Shown here piece by piece: positions 58,733 to 64,000 of a DNA stretch of 64,000 nucleotides. Where the stretch lies: NCBI GenBank assembly GCA_964525295.1, contig CAZGEO010000001.1, positions 9,671-73,670 on the forward strand. The letters run 5' to 3'. The notes under the pieces are model-generated. The model ran no database searches. It saw only the letters and a program-made list of their open reading frames with translations, and was not told the DNA's origin. The DNA comes from an uncultured Candidatus Saccharibacteria bacterium. Its GTDB lineage: Bacteria; Patescibacteriota; Dojkabacteria; GCA-002793355. The number at the start of each line of letters is the position of its first letter. Positions within the stretch are counted from its first letter, which is position 1. A program made the position numbers and the translations under genes.

Positions 58733-59524
58733 ATGGAGCAATATAAAGATTCTTCAATCCACTTTTTATGGATTTCTTTATTCGCATTGCTCATTTTTCT
58801 TTTTGATCAAATTGGATTATTGCTTTGGTATAAGAATATACATTCTTTCATAAGTGTACCAATAGAATATTCCCTCAGTGCCTTCAAGCAGAATCTGTCG
58901 AATTCTTTCATTTCATTGCAATATGCAGCGACACTCAAAAAAGAAAATGATGAATTAAAAATGAAAATATTGGAGCTCGAGAAGATCAGTTCCGATCAAG
59001 CTCAATTACTCGAAGCTAAAAACGAAATTGATTCAATAAAACAGGTACTTTCGCAACTTTCGTACAAAAAAGTTTTGGTTGCTACTATCCTCGACGCAAC
59101 GGTTAATGACATAGCAGGGTATCTCCAAATCAACAAAGGCTCTAACGATGGCATAACATTAGGTTCTCCAGTAGTTGTAAAGGATTATTACTTAGGTTAC
59201 GTCGACACTCTAACAAGTCACTCAGCGACAGTAAAATCAATAGAAGTATCAGGTCAAGCATTTATTGGTTATGTAGAAAATAGGAAAATCAGCGCAACGG
59301 TTAAAACTGAAATTGGAAAAATTATTCTCGATGATATTCTCGCAAATGAAACTATTCAATTACACGACTTAGTCGCAATAAAAAGGGAAAATTTACCCTA
59401 TCTCTTTTCAGTAGGGACAATAACAACAACTCCAAAAGATACAGGTACCGCCGAAAGAGTAGGAATCATTACCCCATTTGCACGTACGTCTGATATTTCA
59501 TTTGTCACAGTTATTTTAGAATGA
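58733..59524 (+). CDS. mreC: Rod shape-determining protein MreC
   Basis: N-terminal TM, a coiled coil, and the beta-rich MreC domain. It lies between mreB and mreD. Confidence 0.8.
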   Translation: MEQYKDSSIHFLWISLFALLIFLFDQIGLLLWYKNIHSFISVPIEYSLSAFKQNLSNSFISLQYAATLKKENDELKMKILELEKISSDQAQLLEAKNEIDSIKQVLSQLSYKKVLVATILDATVNDIAGYLQINKGSNDGITLGSPVVVKDYYLGYVDTLTSHSATVKSIEVSGQAFIGYVENRKISATVKTEIGKIILDDILANETIQLHDLVAIKRENLPYLFSVGTITTTPKDTGTAERVGIITPFARTSDISFVTVILE

Positions 59525-59967
59525 TTCCACCAGCATTACTTTACTCAATAATTATAGGCAGTCTGCTTCGGAATTTTATTCCTGGAATTGATCTTTTTTG
59601 GTTGCTCTTCCTCGTCACAATGTTTTCAAATCCCGATAAGAAGATTGAAACCTTGAGGATTTTTGCTCTCGGAACGATACTCGCCTCGTTATTCGGAGGT
59701 CGTTTTATTGGATTACTACCGCTCATTACTGGCGTTATCTTTTTCCTTCTTTCAAAATTCACCGCAAAGCAATTACCAAAAGGGTTGCCTACGATTTTTT
59801 CACTTATTGTCTCTGTTGGGGCAATCATTTTTCTCGAAAATCTTGTAATACATTTTCTTACTTCTGGTATATTAATCTTTTCAACTGGTATATTGGTTAA
59901 ATTCGTTATTACAGTTCTACTTGCATCGCTTATAAGTTTTTTCATGACTAAACGCTCGCATTTATGA
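59521..59967 (+). CDS. mreD: Rod shape-determining protein MreD (putative)
   Basis: 148-aa polytopic membrane protein overlapping mreC, with pbp2 downstream. Confidence 0.6.
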   Translation: MIPPALLYSIIIGSLLRNFIPGIDLFWLLFLVTMFSNPDKKIETLRIFALGTILASLFGGRFIGLLPLITGVIFFLLSKFTAKQLPKGLPTIFSLIVSVGAIIFLENLVIHFLTSGILIFSTGILVKFVITVLLASLISFFMTKRSHL

Positions 59968-61820
59968 AAAAGCTGACAATACAAAAATCGAAAATTGCGC
60001 TCCGCAAGGGGCCAATTGGAGTAAGCGAAATATCTTCGCTAAGAAAAAGCGAAGATATTTCGCCCAAACAGCAACAGTTATTCATTATCTTTGTATTTGT
60101 TGCATTACTAGTCTCTTTCTCTTTTTTGTTAATTTCCGGATTTTCACTCACTATTGCGAACGGTAAAAGATATGCAGAACTCTCGGCAAACAACTCACTC
60201 CGTCAAGAGCCAATATTTGGAGAGAGAGGACTAATTCTCGATAGAAATGGAAATTCGCTGGTTATAAACAAAAAAAGTTATGACATTTTTATTGATCCAA
60301 CAAAAATAATCAAGGAAGATGCGCTAAAAATCATTCCATCTGAAGCTGAAAAGATTGAAAAAATGTATTCATCAAAATTTCTTTCTATTACCAGAGTTGT
60401 TCATGATGCAAAGAAAGAAGATGTTTTCAAATTACGTGAAAACCCACAAAAAGGTATTTCTGTTCGAGAAAGTATAAGTCGTGAATATCCAAGTGCTTAT
60501 CAATTTGCTCATCTACTTGGCTATACGGGAGTTGCAAGTGAAAGTGATTTGCAAAATCCGAGTTACATACAGAACCAAATAGTTGGAAAATCAGGGATCG
60601 AATATGAGTATGATGCTGATTTACAAGGGAAAATCGTTTATGACACAGTCGAAGTTGATTCGATGGGAAATCCAGTAGATCATTTCGTTGCCGAAAAGCC
60701 AGCCGGAGGGAATTCACTGATTTTATCGGTTGATAAAGCATACCAAGAGAAGATGTATGAGTTGCTAAAAAAAACTGTTGATAACAACAAAGCTCGCGGA
60801 GGTTCAGCCGTCCTTATGAATGTAAATACAGGTGAGATAGTCGCGCTTGCCAGCTATCCAGCATTTGATCCTAATGAATTTGTTAAAGGAATTAGCCAGA
60901 AATCATATGAGAAACTCATTAATAGCCCCCAAACACCGTTACTAAACCGTCCCATCGCAGCGCAAGAACCTCCAGGTTCAACATTCAAGACTATTGTAGC
61001 AGTTGCTGCACTAGAATCTGGCGCAATTACACCACAAACGACGCATTATGCTTCTGGCGTGATAACACTGGCTGGTGGACAACCGTTTCAAGATTATCGC
61101 AAGCGGGTATATGGCACTCTCAACGTACGTGATGCGTTAATGGTTTCGAGTAACATCTTCTTTTGTCGAACAATCATGGAATTGAGTATTGAAAAATTAC
61201 TTCCTTATGCCGATGCCTTCGGCATCGGCAAGAAAACTGGTATAGATTTACCAGGTGAAATGAGTGGCAGAATTCCATCTCCCGAAAATAAAATTGCTCT
61301 TTCTAAAGCTGGCGCTTACTGGCTTGATCCTGTTTGGTACCCAGAAGGGGATTCTTGCAATTCAGCAATTGGACAGGGCATTGCACTTGCGACACCACTT
61401 CAGATTACCGTAGTAGCGAGTGCAATCGCGAATAATGGCACAATTTACAAGCCAACACTTGTAAAAAAAATCATCGCCCCAGATGGCAATGAAAATATTA
61501 AAACACCAACTGCACTTGTCACAAATATTGCTTCACAGCAAACACTACAGATAGTTCGAGAAGGAATGAGAATGGGAGTTAACGGACCACGTGCGATTAT
61601 TACTTCACTAAATAATCTACCAGTGTCAGTTGCTGCCAAAACTGGTACTGCAGAGTTCGGTATCAAAGATAAAAACGGTTACCTTACGACTCACGCCTGG
61701 GTTATGGGTTTTTATCCATATGAAGAGCCACAATATGCCTTTACCATTATGATCGAAGGAGGTGGAACAAGTACTGTAGCTTCAACAATGATGAGAGAAT
61801 TCCTTCAATCTGTACAGTAA
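59964..61820 (+). CDS. mrdA: Penicillin-binding protein 2 (peptidoglycan D,D-transpeptidase)
   Basis: N-terminal TM, a dimerisation domain, and the transpeptidase motifs STFK (SxxK), SSN and KTGT. Confidence 0.9.
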   Translation: MKKLTIQKSKIALRKGPIGVSEISSLRKSEDISPKQQQLFIIFVFVALLVSFSFLLISGFSLTIANGKRYAELSANNSLRQEPIFGERGLILDRNGNSLVINKKSYDIFIDPTKIIKEDALKIIPSEAEKIEKMYSSKFLSITRVVHDAKKEDVFKLRENPQKGISVRESISREYPSAYQFAHLLGYTGVASESDLQNPSYIQNQIVGKSGIEYEYDADLQGKIVYDTVEVDSMGNPVDHFVAEKPAGGNSLILSVDKAYQEKMYELLKKTVDNNKARGGSAVLMNVNTGEIVALASYPAFDPNEFVKGISQKSYEKLINSPQTPLLNRPIAAQEPPGSTFKTIVAVAALESGAITPQTTHYASGVITLAGGQPFQDYRKRVYGTLNVRDALMVSSNIFFCRTIMELSIEKLLPYADAFGIGKKTGIDLPGEMSGRIPSPENKIALSKAGAYWLDPVWYPEGDSCNSAIGQGIALATPLQITVVASAIANNGTIYKPTLVKKIIAPDGNENIKTPTALVTNIASQQTLQIVREGMRMGVNGPRAIITSLNNLPVSVAAKTGTAEFGIKDKNGYLTTHAWVMGFYPYEEPQYAFTIMIEGGGTSTVASTMMREFLQSVQ

Positions 61821-61840
61821 AAAGTTCAAACAAAGTAATT

Positions 61841-62734
61841 TCAATAATCTGACGTAAATTTTTTCACTACATTCACAAGCTCTGCAGGTATGCGAATTGG
61901 AGCCAAATGATTCAGGTTTTTCATAATAATCATTTGCGAATTCGGTAAAATTTCACCAAGCTCTTGCGTAACATTAACTGGGTGGATAACATCTTTTTCC
62001 CCCCCGATTACCAGTATTGGAACATTCAGCTGCTCAACAATATCTCGAGCATCAAATGAAAAAACTTCAGAATAACCAAGTAAGAAATATTTGAGTGTTG
62101 TTGCTCGAATATCTGCGTACAATCGAAAAAGATTGATATCATTAGTATCTTTATATTTATTATAATCATCAATAACTTTTGGCGTTCCTTGCGGAATAAG
62201 TGATGCAATCGTTCTTGTCATCTTGATCATAAACTTTGGAGCAGGGGAGATTTTACCAAACAACGAAGATTTTAAACTAGAAGAAACTAACACCAATTTA
62301 TCAACAAGAAGTTGTTTTCGAGCAATCAACTTCATTGCAACCATACCACCAAAGCAGTGTCCTACGAAAATAAAATTTTGGAGCTTCAGTGACTTAATAA
62401 TACCAACAATATCATCGCAAATTTGATCGATTGTGAAACTTGAAATATCTTCTGGTCGAGATGATTTTCCGTGACCTCGTAGATCTATAGCTAAAGAATT
62501 AAATCCTTCATGTACAGCTAGTTTTTGAAATTCCTTCCATGCTGAAGCTGAACCACTCTGACCATGAAGCAAAATTAACCATTTGGAGTTCTCTCCTTTA
62601 GTACTCACACATTGGCAATAATGAATTTTTTCATTATCTGCAGTATCCCAAAAGTGCGAAGTCAACAAGTATGTTTCTAACACCAGACATTCTATCATGA
62701 GTTGACTATAGAGCGTGAGTATAGTAACATTCAA
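61841..62734 (-). CDS. Alpha/beta-hydrolase fold protein
   Basis: LLHGQSGSASAW and nucleophile elbow GHCFGGMVA. The 5' end is uncertain because the annotated start abuts the divergent rpmF start. Confidence 0.6.
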   Translation of the reverse strand: MNVTILTLYSQLMIECLVLETYLLTSHFWDTADNEKIHYCQCVSTKGENSKWLILLHGQSGSASAWKEFQKLAVHEGFNSLAIDLRGHGKSSRPEDISSFTIDQICDDIVGIIKSLKLQNFIFVGHCFGGMVAMKLIARKQLLVDKLVLVSSSLKSSLFGKISPAPKFMIKMTRTIASLIPQGTPKVIDDYNKYKDTNDINLFRLYADIRATTLKYFLLGYSEVFSFDARDIVEQLNVPILVIGGEKDVIHPVNVTQELGEILPNSQMIIMKNLNHLAPIRIPAELVNVVKKFTSDY

Positions 62735-62737
62735 ACT

Positions 62738-62893
62738 ATGCCAGCAGTACCAAAGAAAAGAGCATCACATGCACATACAGCACGACGAAATAAGGCGAAT
62801 AGCCGAGTCGAATTAACAGGCGTTACAAAGTGCGCAAAATGCGGTCACTTGAAGCGCAACCATGCGAAATGTGTTCATTGTAATGCAAAATAG
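62738..62893 (+). CDS. rpmF: 50S ribosomal protein L32
   Basis: [21 protein letters not shown]...[18 protein letters not shown]. The start was moved to the internal ATG at 62738. Confidence 0.75.
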   Translation: MPAVPKKRASHAHTARRNKANSRVELTGVTKCAKCGHLKRNHAKCVHCNAK

Positions 62894-62898
62894 AAACC

Positions 62899-63333
62899 AT
62901 GGATTTGTATAATTCAGGTGATAAACGCAGAAATGCCCGTGTCCTGATCATTCAGGAGTTTTATGCAACCTCACAAATCGATACTGCTTCACTCGATGGT
63001 ATTTTTCCAAAGAAATTCTCCTACGATGAAGAAAAATATAACGCAATTAAGCGTTCATTATCTGACCATGCTTCAGATATTGATGCAATGATTAAGCGTT
63101 ACGCAAAAGAACGTCCACTAGAAGAAATTAATCCCGTAGACTACAGCATTTTGCGAGTTGTTATCGCCGAAGGTATTGTCTCTGATATCACCCCCCCAAA
63201 GGTAGCAATAAATGAAGGTATCGAATTAGCAAAACTTTTTGGTTCAGCAGCCAGTTTTAAATTTGTCAATGGCGTATTAGGCGCAATTTATGACGAATAC
63301 AAAAAATCCCACGAAACAAAAGACGACAAATAG
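62899..63333 (+). CDS. nusB: Transcription antitermination factor NusB
   Basis: [13 protein letters not shown] ... [28 protein letters not shown] matches the NusB family. Confidence 0.75.
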   Translation: MDLYNSGDKRRNARVLIIQEFYATSQIDTASLDGIFPKKFSYDEEKYNAIKRSLSDHASDIDAMIKRYAKERPLEEINPVDYSILRVVIAEGIVSDITPPKVAINEGIELAKLFGSAASFKFVNGVLGAIYDEYKKSHETKDDK

Positions 63334-63364
63334 TTTTAAAACCAATGTCGCCGAGATCGAGAAA

Positions 63365-64000
63365 TTGATTGGTTATACATTCAAGAAAAAACAAACACTT
63401 GTTACCGCATTAACTCATCGATCTTATGCAAACGAACTGAAGCGCCAGGGGTTTCTTTACAATAACGAAAGGTTAGAATTCTTAGGTGATGCAGTGTTAG
63501 AAGTAGTTATCTCTGATTACTTGTATCGAACATACCCAGATCTTCCAGAAGGAATCATGACGCTTGTACGCGCTACTGTGGTTAAAACCACCTCACTTGC
63601 AGAAGTAATTGTTCAATTAGGTGCAGGAAATTACTTGATTTTAGGTCATGGTGAAGAGAAAACCGGCGGACGAACTAAAGAATACCTTTTAGCCAATCTT
63701 TTCGAATCAATCGTTGGAGCGATTTATATTGATGCTGGAATGAAAAAGGCCTCAGAATTCATTAAAAAGTCATTATTTGAGAAAACTGATAGGGTAGTTG
63801 CCACTCAAGCATATACTGATCCAAAGACCAGATTGCAAGAGATTGCGCAACAACACTACAAAATTACGCCAACATATACTATAATTACAGAGAGCGGTCC
63901 CGCTCACGAACGAACTTATGTTGCAGCAGTGCACATAGGTGAGAAGCAGCTTGCTGACGGTAGTGGATCTTCTAAGCAAAAAGCGGAAGAAGCTGCAGCA
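63365..64000 (+). CDS. rnc: Ribonuclease III (5' partial call; continues past the window end)
   Basis: ERLEFLGDAVLEVVISDYLY signature motif. The frame is open from the TAA at 63338 with no in-frame ATG, so a TTG or other non-ATG start is likely, and the exact start is uncertain. Confidence 0.7.
   Translation, partial: MIGYTFKKKQTLVTALTHRSYANELKRQGFLYNNERLEFLGDAVLEVVISDYLYRTYPDLPEGIMTLVRATVVKTTSLAEVIVQLGAGNYLILGHGEEKTGGRTKEYLLANLFESIVGAIYIDAGMKKASEFIKKSLFEKTDRVVATQAYTDPKTRLQEIAQQHYKITPTYTIITESGPAHERTYVAAVHIGEKQLADGSGSSKQKAEEAAA

Noticed and set aside
1-64000. CRISPR arrays, rRNA genes and transposase/IS elements
   Set aside because: No repeat-spacer periodicity, rRNA-like conserved stretches, or DDE or serine-recombinase ORFs were seen anywhere in the window.

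Overview
This is a low-GC (roughly 35-40% by eye) bacterial chromosomal segment with compact, often overlapping genes and few obvious Shine-Dalgarno sites. Its gene content is that of a small-genome monoderm-like organism, possibly Patescibacteria/CPR (Saccharibacteria-like); this is an inference from gene content only. Core content includes a Com-like type IV pilus operon, a form II/III-type RuBisCO, rarA, typA, an rpmG/tRNA-Trp/secE/nusG/rplK/rplA/rpmB cluster, mreBCD plus PBP2, and rpmF/nusB/rnc. Three tRNAs are present: Val-GAC, Gly-UCC and Trp-CCA. Two accessory regions stand out. The first is a ~12 kb cell-surface glycan or protein-glycosylation cluster next to tRNA-Val, and the tRNA 3' end is re-duplicated twice just downstream of the tRNA. 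It contains two GT-C fold glycosyltransferases, a GT4, two GT2 (one GtrB/Dpm1-like), a Wzx flippase, an acyltransferase-3, a SIAE-like esterase, a LamG-like protein and a small Thr-rich anchored protein. The second is a ~9 kb copper-homeostasis island next to tRNA-Gly, bounded by nested repeats derived from the tRNA-Gly 3' end and carrying no integrase. It is organised as one minus-strand operon: CopY/BlaI-family repressor, a short BlaR1-like M56 protease, an HMA-permease, a His-less cupredoxin-like protein, CopZ, DUF305, CopA and a Cys-motif protein. Two perfect TACAnnTGTA cop-box palindromes overlap its predicted promoters. Other points of note are an 8-bp tandem repeat array (13 units) between the pilin gene and a 5'-3' exonuclease gene, a TrmB-HTH::aldo-keto-reductase fusion, a degenerate HD-GYP protein, and a winged-helix regulator with an unrecognised N-terminal domain.
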